A DNA stretch of 64,000 nt from the human T2T-CHM13v2.0 reference genome, Homo sapiens. Shown in pieces: positions 17,476 through 29,700 of the stretch. Location of the stretch: assembly GCF_009914755.1 (NCBI RefSeq), contig NC_060926.1; one strand, written 5' to 3'. Both the position numbers and the translations under genes were made by a program. The notes under the pieces are model-generated. The model saw nothing but the letters and a program-made list of their open reading frames with translations, was not told the DNA's origin and did not search any database. Every line of letters begins with the position of its first letter. Within the stretch, counting starts at the first letter, position 1.

Positions 17476-17999
17476 TCTTTTATGATTGTGTGACCATGCA
17501 GAAAGTAAGGTGGGAGGATACACAGTAGTTGGTCAACATGAGCTGCAAAGGATGTTTGTGGAGTAGCAGACAGAGGCAGAAGAGCCAAATTAAGAAGGAA
17601 AAGAAAAAGGCAAGGAAAAGGCGAAAAACGGAAAAGAGAAGGACTACACTAAAATAGTAGGTATGATACAATCACATACACAGCTTTTTATAAAATTGTA
17701 CACAAATGTGGACACGAAAAAAAATTTAAGATAAAACAGGATGCTGCCTAACTTGGCAGAAGGAATGCTCAAGGAATTTATATCTTTATCCCCTTCTGCT
17801 TCCAATCTCAAAAAAAATGTAGTCTGAAATGGTCATGGAGGCCAAGCATGGTCCTCGATTATTATAATTCTGAAGTTCGTGTGTGCCTCCGTGTGTGTGC
17901 GTGTGTGTTTGTGCACGCACGCGCGCGCATGTGCACACTTGGCTGAACTCTATTACAGGAACAATGATTGCTAGTTCAATTTGGTTTTATGGTTTACTC

Positions 18000-18610
18000 C
18001 AGAGGTCAGCAAACTTCCTGTACTAAATATTTTAGGATTTCTAAGTCATACCATCTCTGTCACAACTACTAAACTGTTCTCATTGTAGGGTGAAAGCAGT
18101 TAAACTGTGATGGTTAATTTTATACGACAGCTTGGCAAGGCTAGAGTACCCAGTTACGTAAGTAGCACTAATCTGGGCTGCTGTGAAGGTATTTTGTAGA
18201 AGTGGTTAATATCTACAATCTGTTGACTTTAAAGAGATTACTCTTGATAATGTTGATGGGCCTCATCCTGTCAGCCTTAAGAGCAAAAACTGAAGTTTCC
18301 TAGAAAAGAAATTCTGCCTTAAGAATGCAGCATCAACTCTGGTCTTAGTTTCCAGCCCTACAAATTTCAAACTTATCAGCTTCCACAATTACGTGAGCTA
18401 ATTCCTTAAAATAAATATTCACAGACAGATAATGTATTGTATACTACTGGTTCTGTTTCTCTGGAGAACCCTAATATATAATGCACAACAATAGACAATA
18501 CACAATCTAAATTACATATTTAAATTAAATACATAATTAAATCTAAATTATGTAAAATAACAGGTAGTGGGCTACATTTGGCCCATGTACCACAGTTTTC
18601 CAACTCCTAG
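18000..18610. mobile_element. MER58-type hAT MITE interrupted by an MLT2-type (ERVL) LTR at ~18106-18480
   Basis: cagaggtcagcaaact...aaatattttagg...tgtagggtgaaagcag | tgtgatggttaattttat...gctgtgaaggtattttgtaga...tggttctgtttctctggagaaccctaata | atagacaatac...aacaggtagtgggctacatttggccc. Confidence 0.75.
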
Positions 18611-18631
18611 TTTTATCAATAATAAAAAATA

Positions 18632-19670
<1,039 letters not shown>

Positions 19671-19909
19671 TGAATAAAATGTATCTGCTTTTCTTAAGCA
19701 TTCTATATATTTCAGGCAGTGTGCAAGGTTTGAATTCCAAGTGTTCCACAAATTGGGGATTATTCCTGGTGAGGCCAGATATTCTAGAGCAACTAAAAGC
19801 AGGAATGATCTTTCTAGAAGCAGTGAGATCTAGCCTGTAAGCTTAGATGTAAGAGAGGTTTCTCAGACAGGGTTTCAAGATGGTATTCTCTTTACGTGTT
19901 TTAATAACC

Positions 19910-19911
19910 TT

Positions 19912-19954
<43 letters not shown>

Positions 19955-20222
19955 TTTTGAGATAGGGTCTGTCACCCAGGCCTGAATGCAGTGGCATGAT
20001 CCCCGCTCACTGCAAGCCTCAACCTCCTGGGCTCAAGCAATCCTCCTGCCTCAGCCTCCCAAGTAGCTGGGATTATAGGCATGCACCAATGCACAGGGCT
20101 AATTTTTAAAATTTTTTTGTAGAGATGGGGCCTTGCTTTGTTGCCCACGCTGGTCTCAAGCATCCTCCTGACTCAGCCTCTCAAAGTCCTGGGATTATAG
20201 GCTTGAGCAACTACATCTGGCC
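19910..20222 (-). mobile_element. Antisense AluJ with (TTTA)n microsatellite tail
   Basis: (TTTA) run 19910-19958 followed by Alu sequence. Confidence 0.88.
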
Positions 20223-20532
20223 TCTATATCCTTTTAAATATTGGCTTGGGGAATTGAAAGTTTTTGATGCTAATCCAGTAGAAGTCAACCAACAGAATTT
20301 TTTGGATGTTCATTTACTAAATATGGCAACTTTAAATAAAACTTGATGTGGGGAAAATAAAAATTTATAAAGGCACTAAATCGAGAGTTTATTATTTTTG
20401 TTATGAAAGGAATCCCTTACATCAAAGACTTAGAACAATGGACCTTTAAGTAATATATCCCTTAGAAGTAGGAGTCCTCATGACATTTTGGGCTGGATAA
20501 AAAAAGAAAAAAAAAAAAGAAGCAGGGATCCT

Positions 20533-20962
20533 TGGCCAGGCGCGGTGGCTAACGCCTGTAATCCCAGCACACTGGGAGGCCGAGGCAGGCAGATCACCTG
20601 AAAAAATTGTTCTCAATCAGGTAGACAGTAGAATGATAGTTATCAGAGGCTGGGAAGAGTATGTGTGTGGTGGGGGTGGGGACAAAAAGAGGATGGTTAA
20701 TGGGTACAAATATAAAGTTGGATAAAAGGAGTAAGTTCTAATGTTTGATAATAGAGTAGAATGACTATAGTTAACATCATATTGCATTATTTCAAAATAG
20801 CTAGAAGGGAAGACTTGAAATACTACCCACACAGAAGTCATAAATGTTCTAGATGATGGTTATCCTAAATACCTTGACTTGATCATTACACATTCTATGT
20901 ATGTAACAAAATATCCCATGTATCCCATAAATATATACAAATATTATGTATCAATAAAAAAT
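20533..20962 (+). mobile_element. 5' ~68 bp of an Alu fused to an L1MA 3' end
   Basis: ggccaggcgcggtggctaacgcc...gatcacctga, then gtagacagtagaatgatagttatcagaggctgggaag...aatattatgtatcaataaaaa. Confidence 0.8.
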
Positions 20963-21559
20963 TATATGATTTGCAAAAAGCAAATGTAACCACATCTTTT
21001 CAATGTCCCACCATTTATGCAAAGTAAAGGATATCTCTACAACTACCCTTGCCAAAGAGAAGCTTTTTAGAAGATTAGGTTGTGGGATGAATAAAAGAGG
21101 GGAAAACAAGAACTTTGAAATTCAATATCTGAAAGAGCATTCTAAGCTATCAGGTGGAAGAAATGCTCAAAACATAAGAGTAAAGGGTTGAATGACCATG
21201 GGTAAATAACAGACAAGTTTATAAAATAAAAGGGGGAAAATTGGTTAATAGTCAATAAGATGCTAACTTAGAGAAGAAGCCAAGTTTAAAAATGAAAACT
21301 AAGGTGAGTGGTGAGGGCAAGTGGTGAACAAAGATATTTAGATACAGAAAGGTTATGTCAGAGTCACTCATAAAGGATAAAAAGTAGCAAGGGAAGGTCA
21401 AGTGGGGGAACTCTGTGGATAAAAGGCAAGCACGGTGTCTAGATTGTCTGGAACAGTTTTGACTTCAAACACTTGCCTGTCAAATCACTTTGTGACGATT
21501 TTTAGTTAAGAAACTATGGTCATTTTCCATGACCATGTTTTACCTATTCACATCCATAA

Positions 21560-21872
<313 letters not shown>

Positions 21873-22314
21873 GCAAAATGTCTGCAGCATAGCAAAATCT
21901 CAATAATTATTTATCACTCATGATAATTACCTGAATACTAAAATCAGAGAGAGTACATTAAAAAGAAACACAACGAACCATTCTTAAATAATAAAAACAT
22001 ATTCATCAGTGGTCTTTATTTACTAGCACCAATAAAAAACTAGAAGCTCTGTTTAGCATAGGAAATTGGTGTCATACTCACTTCATAATATCATCAGTGC
22101 TGGGTGGGGACAAAGCCATAATCTGCCAAAATCTGCACCATCCTTGCCAGGTTTGGGAGTTCTGTAGAGTAGTTACCACTGCCAGGTCTGACTGCCATAG
22201 CTCAGGAAAAGGGTGCAGTCATTTCTCTTAGCATAATCTTGAGAAGATGTCTAAGAGACCTATGTAATATTAAGTCACAGAAAGAAACAATATTATTGGT
22301 GGTTTAGACATGGA

Positions 22315-22520
22315 ATGTAATAGCTAACAATTACGGAATGCTTACTTGTTTCAGGAACTGACGCGTTATCTCATCTAAACAATGCTACAGGGCATGGGTA
22401 CTGTTATTAACCCCGTTTTACAGGAAACCTAGGTTTAGCAAGGTTAAGGAATTGCTTGAGATAACAAAGGTAGTAAGAGGCAGGGGTGGAATTTGAAGCC
22501 ATATAGTCTGGTTCTTCAGG
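22315..22520 (-). mobile_element. MIR
   Basis: taatagctaacaattacggaatgcttact...gtactgttattaaccccgttttacaggaaacctaggtttagcaaggttaagg. Confidence 0.7.
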
Positions 22521-23676
22521 GTGTATACATCCGTGTATCTATAACCACAATGCTGCAGGGGCACTCGAACAGGCTGGAAAAGAATTATTTTTCTTTAAAG
22601 GGCAAATTAATTTCCTCAAAAGTAATCTCTGTTCACTTTATCCCATACCAGATGCTTATTTTCATTTCATATCCTAAAAGTTAGATTGGCACTTACATGC
22701 CAACTTAAAATACCTTTAAGTCTTTAAAATTTATAGTATTTTAGAATTTATCATAGTGAAACATGTACAGTCTGTTAGTCCCCAAGACAATAAAATAAGG
22801 ATGATAGTGACTGATACTCCATTCCCTTCCGATGTAATGACAAACACGTAGAAACACTGTGTTTCATTTATTGGAATTATTTGGATCCAAAGGATTGCTT
22901 TTAATACCTTAACAAAATAGGTCATTAAAAAAAATCAAGTGCCTTTCAGTATTCTTCCAAGTTTCAATAACTGATCTTTTCCATTAAAAAACTTTTGATT
23001 CATTATTCCAAATCAACATATCATCTAAATATTTACACATAGTTAGATGTAGCTTTTCCCTAACCTACTCCCTTTTATTTATTAGTACTCATTTACATCT
23101 TAGTTTGCCACATTTACAGTTCTTTGAAAGTTTCATCTAATATTCACCAGACCATTCACCTCACAATTTTCCTCCCTCTTTCTAAATAGGTGAATTTGTT
23201 TACTGCAAAATCGATGGCTACGCTATTAAAGGTTACTATCACGATTTTAAAAGACATGATCACCATCATTTACCAAGATTCTTACCACAAGGAAATGATC
23301 ACAAGGTTGGACAAACAGGCTCCAACTCTTAAGGGAAAGGGCTTGCAGTTAGATCACACAGGGCGGGCAGGGAAGCAAGCGGGGAGGGGTAGGTCGGAAA
23401 AGGCAGTGCTTGATTCAATTCAACATTCACTGCGCCACTTACCAAGAGCCAGAAAAAGAAAAAAAAAAAAAAAAAGCCAACCAGCTGGGCGTTATTTCGA
23501 GCACGGGGCCCTGCAGGTGGGCCTGTGGGCGGGGACCCGGCGCCCGGGAGGGAAGGGGCTGGCTCAGAGACTATAGACGGGCGGGGACCGCCCCGGCCCG
23601 GGCCTCCAGTGCCCGGCGCCCGCACACTCGCCAGCCCAGCTGCCGGCACGCCGGCCAGCCAGCCGCTGCCGCTTAC

Positions 23677-23800
23677 CAGTGGCGCCTCGCTGACTCCCCG
23701 GGGGCAGCTCTTCAACGGTTCCCGCAGTCAGAGCACCACCCCGCGGTGGGGTACCTCCAGCCCGCCCGCAGCTCTCGGTCCCCGCCGCGCCGCCACTCTC
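23677..23800 (-). ncRNA. Candidate first exon of a divergent transcript (likely distal BAZ2B isoform or lncRNA)
   Basis: Minus-strand donor CTG|GTAAGC (plus strand gcttaccag, 23671-23679) just left of the promoter core. BAZ2B is recalled as the head-to-head neighbour of MARCHF7. TSS approximate. Confidence 0.5.
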
Positions 23801-23806
23801 GCGAGA
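23797..23806. promoter_or_regulatory. TCTCGCGAGA palindrome (CGCG element; BANP/ZBTB33-associated motif)
   Basis: Perfect 10-bp palindrome in the core of the CpG island, ~70 bp upstream of the inferred MARCHF7 exon 1. Confidence 0.85.
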
Positions 23807-23868
23807 AGCCAGGAAGTCCGCGAAGTGGGGGGAGGAGGAACAGGGAGGGGCACTTAACGGTGGTGGCT

Positions 23869-23969
23869 GGTTCTGCGCCGGATCCGGGAGAGGGGCGGGC
23901 GCCATTGTGCTTCGCTGCCGACTGCATTTCCTCAGTCACGGGCCTAGAACTCCAAGGAGAAAGGCGGCG
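23869..23969 (+). other. MARCHF7: MARCHF7 non-coding exon 1 (start approximate; alternative donor after 24024)
   Basis: Lies in the CpG island, no ATG. Donor GCG|GTGCGT at 23969/23970; second donor GGG|GTAATG at 24024/24025. Confidence 0.75.
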
Positions 23970-25679
23970 GTGCGTGTTGCTGCGAGTGGGACGCGCACTG
24001 GTCGGTGCCGGCTCAGGAGCCGGGGTAATGAGCTGCGGAGCTAGTTCTTCTCCGTCTTGGGCGCTAGTTCGGGACCAGGCCGCGAGTGGGGGAGGGGAGG
24101 AAACGAAGAGGCCTGGGGACGCGGAGGCCGCTTCCTCTCAGGATGAGGTGGAGAAGCTTGGTCCGGGGCCACCGGGGCCAAGGGGCCACAGCGCAGGCCT
24201 CCCTTGCCAGGGGCCTTTGGTCGGGTGGTGGAGTTTGTGGCGGGTGCAGGGGACAGATTGTGTGTCTTCCTCAGGGACGTGTGGCGGGTGACGGGAAGAA
24301 GCCTGAGCCCTCCTTTGGCGCGGGGCGGCCTCCTCTTGGGCCGTGGGGCGGGGGGTCTTCGGAGCCCTGCGGGCCGCGGGTGTCGCGCGTGAGCTCGCCG
24401 GTGAGCGCGGGGCAAAGGCGGGCAGGGCTCCGGCTCGGCCAGCCCGGCCTCGAGTCGAAGTGACTTCGGTAGCCCCTTAGATTCGGCCAAGATTGTCTTA
24501 TTGGTAACGTCAGTTTTTGAATATCGTGACGCCCTGAGAGTTATTTTTGTGTTGTGGTGAATTGTGGGTTCTGCAACTCGAAGTAGGTGATTGTATTAAA
24601 AATGGACCTGTTGGCCTAAGAAGTAAAAATATAGAAGGCGCCGGGAGTAGGAAACTCCCTCATTTTGGTGAAACTGCGTATTGAAGATGTGTGTCCACCC
24701 CCTCACCCCAAAATGCTGCACTTAATACTTTTTCTCAAGTACCAAAGTAAATATATTGGGAAAGTCTATCTGGGTAATAAATTCGTCACGACTAATGTTG
24801 TTTGTTACTATTAGTTAAATGTGTGAAAACTGAAATTTGGCGAGGTTTTCTCCCCCATTTTGTAGGATTGATTAGCTATTTTTCCGATTACATGTTATTT
24901 TAAATCTCCACCTTTCTGTCCAGAACCAAGATGTAGGATTAAAGATGAATTTTCGATTTAAAAATCCAATAGTATACAGTTATTAAGAAGGCACACATGT
25001 AGTGTAACTAGATCTTTTACTTGAGGTAGCAAAAAGTTTGTTTGAGAAATGAGGTCAGTATAATATTTTTATTTAACAGCTCTACAGCATTTTGGGAGAC
25101 AGGACTGGTGCATGAGGCAGTAGCACCAGACTCAGAAGACCTGGGTTTGAGTCTTGATTTTTGCCATAGTTATTTAAGTTCACGAGATTGTCTCAGAAAC
25201 ATGGCAGTTAATTTCTAGAGAGGATTAAATTTGCTGAGGTGGTGTGTGAAGCAGTCACTAGGGGACATAATACTAGTCTTGGTTTTTTTCCAAGTTTAGT
25301 GCTGGGTCAGGTGTCTTGAATTAAGAATTCCTACTTATTCAAGTACAAATGATTTCTTTTTTCTGCCACCTGGAAGAGGGCTATTTTCCCAGATAAAGCA
25401 CGAGGATGCCCAGGTTATGTTCTACATGAAGGTGTCAGGTAACGAACTTGGACACAAAAGTCATCCATGACTCTCATGTAGCCAATTTTTAGTCCGCTCC
25501 ATACCCACCTTACACAACTCTTTTATCTGCTCTATGTTCAAGAATCGTCTACATTTTGACATTTTATTGTAGGAAAATAATTTTATAATGCAAAATCTGT
25601 CAAATATCTTAAAACTTTTTTAGATAATTTGTAATTTGTTGTAGTCAAATTACAAATTATGGAGAGCTTCACATTACAA

Positions 25680-26340
25680 GAATGAGCTTGACATGGCATC
25701 TGCCCTCCACAACTCACTGTTTAGTCATCAGACTAATGTATAAACAACTATTATTATCTTAATATGACTGTACAGTGGTTCTGTGGGAGCATAGGGGAGG
25801 GGTGCTTAATCTTGGAAATTTTACAGGATTTATTTATTTATTGCCTGAACTAAGATGTGAAGGCTCACTAGGACTTTGATAAAGAAACTGCAAAGTCATG
25901 ATATTATGGTTTGTTTTAGGAATTCATGATTTGTTCCTGTAGCTGAAACATACATTGAATGGTAAGTTAGAGCCCGACATAAAAGACTTTCTGTACTGTA
26001 CTAGAAAATTAGTGTCTGGGTGTGGTGGCTCACTCCTGTAATCCCGTCACTTTGGGAGGCCAAGGTGGGAGGATCGCTTAAGGCTGGGAGTTCAGCCAGG
26101 CCACAAAGACCCCATCTCTATGGGCATGGTGGTGCGGGTGTAGTGGTGCGCACTGCTACTACTAGCTACTTGGGCTGCTGAGGCAGAACGATCATTTTGA
26201 GCTCACGAGTTGCAGAGACTGCAGTGAGGTATGATAGAGCTCCACTGCACTCCAGCCTGCACCACAGAGTGAGACCCTGTCTCTAAAAAAATAAAAATAA
26301 AGTTAGTGCTCTATGCTGCGGAATGGAGAGCTATTGTGTT
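25680..26340 (-). mobile_element. Degenerate L2 (antisense), split by AluJ(+) ~26016-26300
   Basis: L2-like phrases ctgccctccacaactcactgtttagt, ctgtgggagcataggggagggg, tgaactaagatgtgaagg, ggaatggagagctattg in the expected order. Confidence 0.55.
25920..25961 (+). other. MARCHF7: MARCHF7 optional 5' UTR exon 2 (42 nt)
   Basis: Acceptor ggtttgttttag| and consensus donor ATG|GTAAGT. Confidence 0.65.
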
Positions 26341-26754
26341 CCTTAACAAAATAAAAATAATTTTTAGATAATCTTTGCTGATACATCCTTCTGTTACCAC
26401 AGATAATTAAGTGCCAGTAATAAAGAACAATGGGACATGAATGAATGAAATGCACAGCGTTGCATTAGACTTTACTTTTAAACAACAAATTAACTAATGA
26501 AGCTTTTAACTGTTAAATAAGTGAATCAACTGATCACATTAGAATGATTACAATTTAAAAAGAATCGGATTTTGAGTTCCTACTAAGATTACTTGAATTC
26601 ACCAAAGCAGAATTCAATTGCAGTCAAAAAATTTATCTTAATATACAGCATTTGCTAATCATAGGATGAGCCAAAAAGTCTGAAGTTGGGGAGAATGAAA
26701 TTATAATTTGAGAGTTTAGGTGGGGGGGGTAATAATTTTGTGTGTGTGAGTGTG

Positions 26755-29700
26755 TGACAGGGTCTCACTCTGTTTTTTAGGCTGCTGCAGCCGCAGTCTC
26801 CCAGACTCAAGCAGTTCTCCCACCTCAGCTTCCTGGGTAGCTGGGACTACAGGTGCGCGCCACCATGTCTGACTAATTTTTATATTTTTTTATAGAGACA
26901 GTTTCACCATGTTTCCCAGGCTGGTCTCCAACTCCTTAGCTCAAGGAATCCTCCCACCTCAGCCTCCCAAAGCGCTGTGATTACAGGCCTGAGTGTGAGT
27001 CACTGCATGCTGGGGTTTAATTTTCATTAATCTTAATTTTCAGCTTTCTGCCCTGGCATGAACTTACATGGTCAGAGCTGGTTTTTCCTGCCCTCAAATA
27101 TATTTCTCTGACTCTACCGGTTAGACTAGGTAAGTTGAACACCTGGTTTTAAAATCACCTGCTGCTCTACACCCATTTTTGTCAACAGCTTAAAAAGAAG
27201 GCAAGTTTTGAACCTTAAAAGTAGTTATCTTTCCATTATGATCATTGTTCATTAGTGTGATGTTTCATACTTTGTAGAAAGAACCCTAAAATGGTTTCTA
27301 CTTAAGATCGAAACTTGATGCTTAGAGATTAAATTCATTTCAAGGAGAACAGTTTGCCTTTTACAGTGGTGTAGTGTAGACTTAACATCATAGTCATATT
27401 TTCTCATGGGATGTTAAGCTTTTTTCTAATTTTTTAAGATTTGGGCATGTCATATTTTTGTGTTTTAAGTATTTGTCAGCTAAAAGTTAGTTAAGGGAGA
27501 CTTTTTTTTAAGGCCCAAAATGTTGTATACTTTCAAAGTGATTCCCTCATTGACCCACCCTTAGCTTCCATGTCTCCATGTTTACTATGATTTCCCACTA
27601 AGGAAAAAAAAAATTTCCCCAGAAGCAGATTTTTTTTTTTTAAGAAAAGGATATGCAAAGTATATGTAAATAATGAAATAGTAACTGCGTGTTTGTATTT
27701 CTGCAAGACTCTTGAAATATTGCATTGGGGCTGGGCATGGTGGCTCACTCCTGTAATCCCAGCGCTTTGGGAGGCCGAGACAGGCAGATTGCTTGAGCTC
27801 AGGAGTTCAAGACCATCCTGGGCAACATGATGAAACCCCGTCTCTACTAAAAAAAATACAACAATTAGCTGGGTATGGTGGTGCGTGCCTGTAGTCCAGG
27901 CTACTCAGGAGGCTGAGGTGGGAGGATCACTTGAACCCAGGAGGTCGAGGCTGCAGTGATTGCACCACTGCACTCTGGCCTGGGCAGCAGAGTGAGACCC
28001 TGTCTCCAAAAAAAAAAATGATAGATTACATTGGTATTTTGTGTGATTGCTCTGGCCTTTGTGCCATGAGTTTATCCTATAGTAGTGGTGTACTTTTAGT
28101 AATTCAGTACCTGTAATCTTCCCTGGATATTTAAGATAGTTCCCAGGTTAGACTCAGTTAAAATCAGAGTTTTCAGAGACTGCAGGCATAAGATAATGGT
28201 ATGGTAACAGTAGAAAATAAGGATAAGTAATGAATCTTTGTTCTATGGCTGCATAACAAACCACCTCGGGACCTAGTGGATTAAAACAACTGTTCACTGT
28301 TTTTTACAGTTCTAGGTGCCTGTTGGGCAGTTCTACTGATTTTGCCCGGGGCTTACTCCTCATGTACCAGCATTCAGCTGGAGGATTTCCCTGGCTGGGA
28401 GATCCAAGATGGCATCACTCATGTTTGGCAGCTAGTGTTGGTGGACATATAGGCCTTACTCTTTGTGATCATTTATGACACAGGAATCTTGGGACAGTAT
28501 TCTAAGAGAAGCTTGTAAGACCTCTTACAACCTTGAAAATCTTACAGTGTCACAGTCCATTCTCTTAGTCACACAAGACTGGGGTGGGGAAGTAAGACTG
28601 CCTCATCCTAGGCAGTGCAGCAACGTTGCATTACAAAGGGGGCTAATACTAGGATGGGGGACATTTGTAGCCATATTTTGTAATTTACCATAGGTTCTTT
28701 AGACCACTATAAGAATAGATAGCCTCAAAGATGTCATGCTTGGGATTGCTTTAAAATAATAGAGTGGGTGGTAAAATAGGTTAGGGAGGTTGAATGTGGA
28801 TAATAGTTGAAGACTTGATTGGTACATGGAAGCTCATTATTGGCTGTACCTTTGTGTATGTTTAAAATTTTTCATGATAAAAACTTTAAGTCATACTCAG
28901 GTAATCTGAACTTCATTTTGTGAAGTATTTTAACTTTATCTTTCACTTAGTCTTTACTAGAGTTATTTTTGTGGTAAGTAGCTACTAAGGCTGTAAACCA
29001 GCAAATTAGAAAGGGAATTATTCTCCTTAGGACTTCTGTAATACAAGTTATTTTAAAAATGCCTTTTCCTCTGGCAAATAATTGTTGCCCTCAATTAACA
29101 AAGTACATTAAAGAATTTTTTTGAAAACTAAGTATAAAGAAGAAAAAACACATTAATAATACCATCACCCGAGATAACAGCAAAATAATAAAAATGGCTA
29201 TTTCTTTCCAGTTGTTTAATGCATATACTTAATATAAGTAATCTTGTATAGGTTTCTTTACCCTGAAGTGAATATCCTGTATGTAAATCTGAATGACTTT
29301 GAAAGATGTTTTACTATGTGTTAAAGACAAATTTCAAATAATGAAAAAGCCAACAAAATTTCTACTGAGCTGTTTATATGAAAACCTTCATGCTGATGGT
29401 ATTGGTTAATAATAGCTAGTATTTGCTGAACACATGCTGTGTGCCAGCAAACCTCACAATATACCTGTGAAGTTGATACTATCATTATCACCATTTTGTA
29501 GGTGAGAAAATTAAGCATTAGATTATACCTAGAGTCATACCCAAGCATACCAAGTGAGGGGCAGACTTTGAAGCTTGCACTCAGCTAGCGTATTTCTACA
29601 AATAGAAATTGGCTGATGTGCAAAAATTAGGCAAAGATTGACTTATTTCCTGCCTAGCCTAGCCTCAGTTTTCTATTTTGGAAAAAAATAGGAAATGAAT

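Larger units (their letters stand above)
23480..24560. promoter_or_regulatory. CpG island, TATA-less promoter of MARCHF7, probably bidirectional
   Basis: The only extended stretch outside young Alus with dense CpG and very high GC. GC boxes (~23588-23596, 23892-23900), ETS site CAGGAAGT (23810-23817), YY1-like CGCCATTG (23900-23907), ATF/CRE-like TAACGTCA (24505-24512). Confidence 0.93.

Noticed and set aside
23190-24490. Long overlapping ORFs on both strands, including 293 aa at 23410..24291
   Set aside because: Stop-poor GC-rich CpG island. Products are low-complexity Gly/Arg/Pro/Ala, several lack an ATG start, and none shows a recognisable domain.
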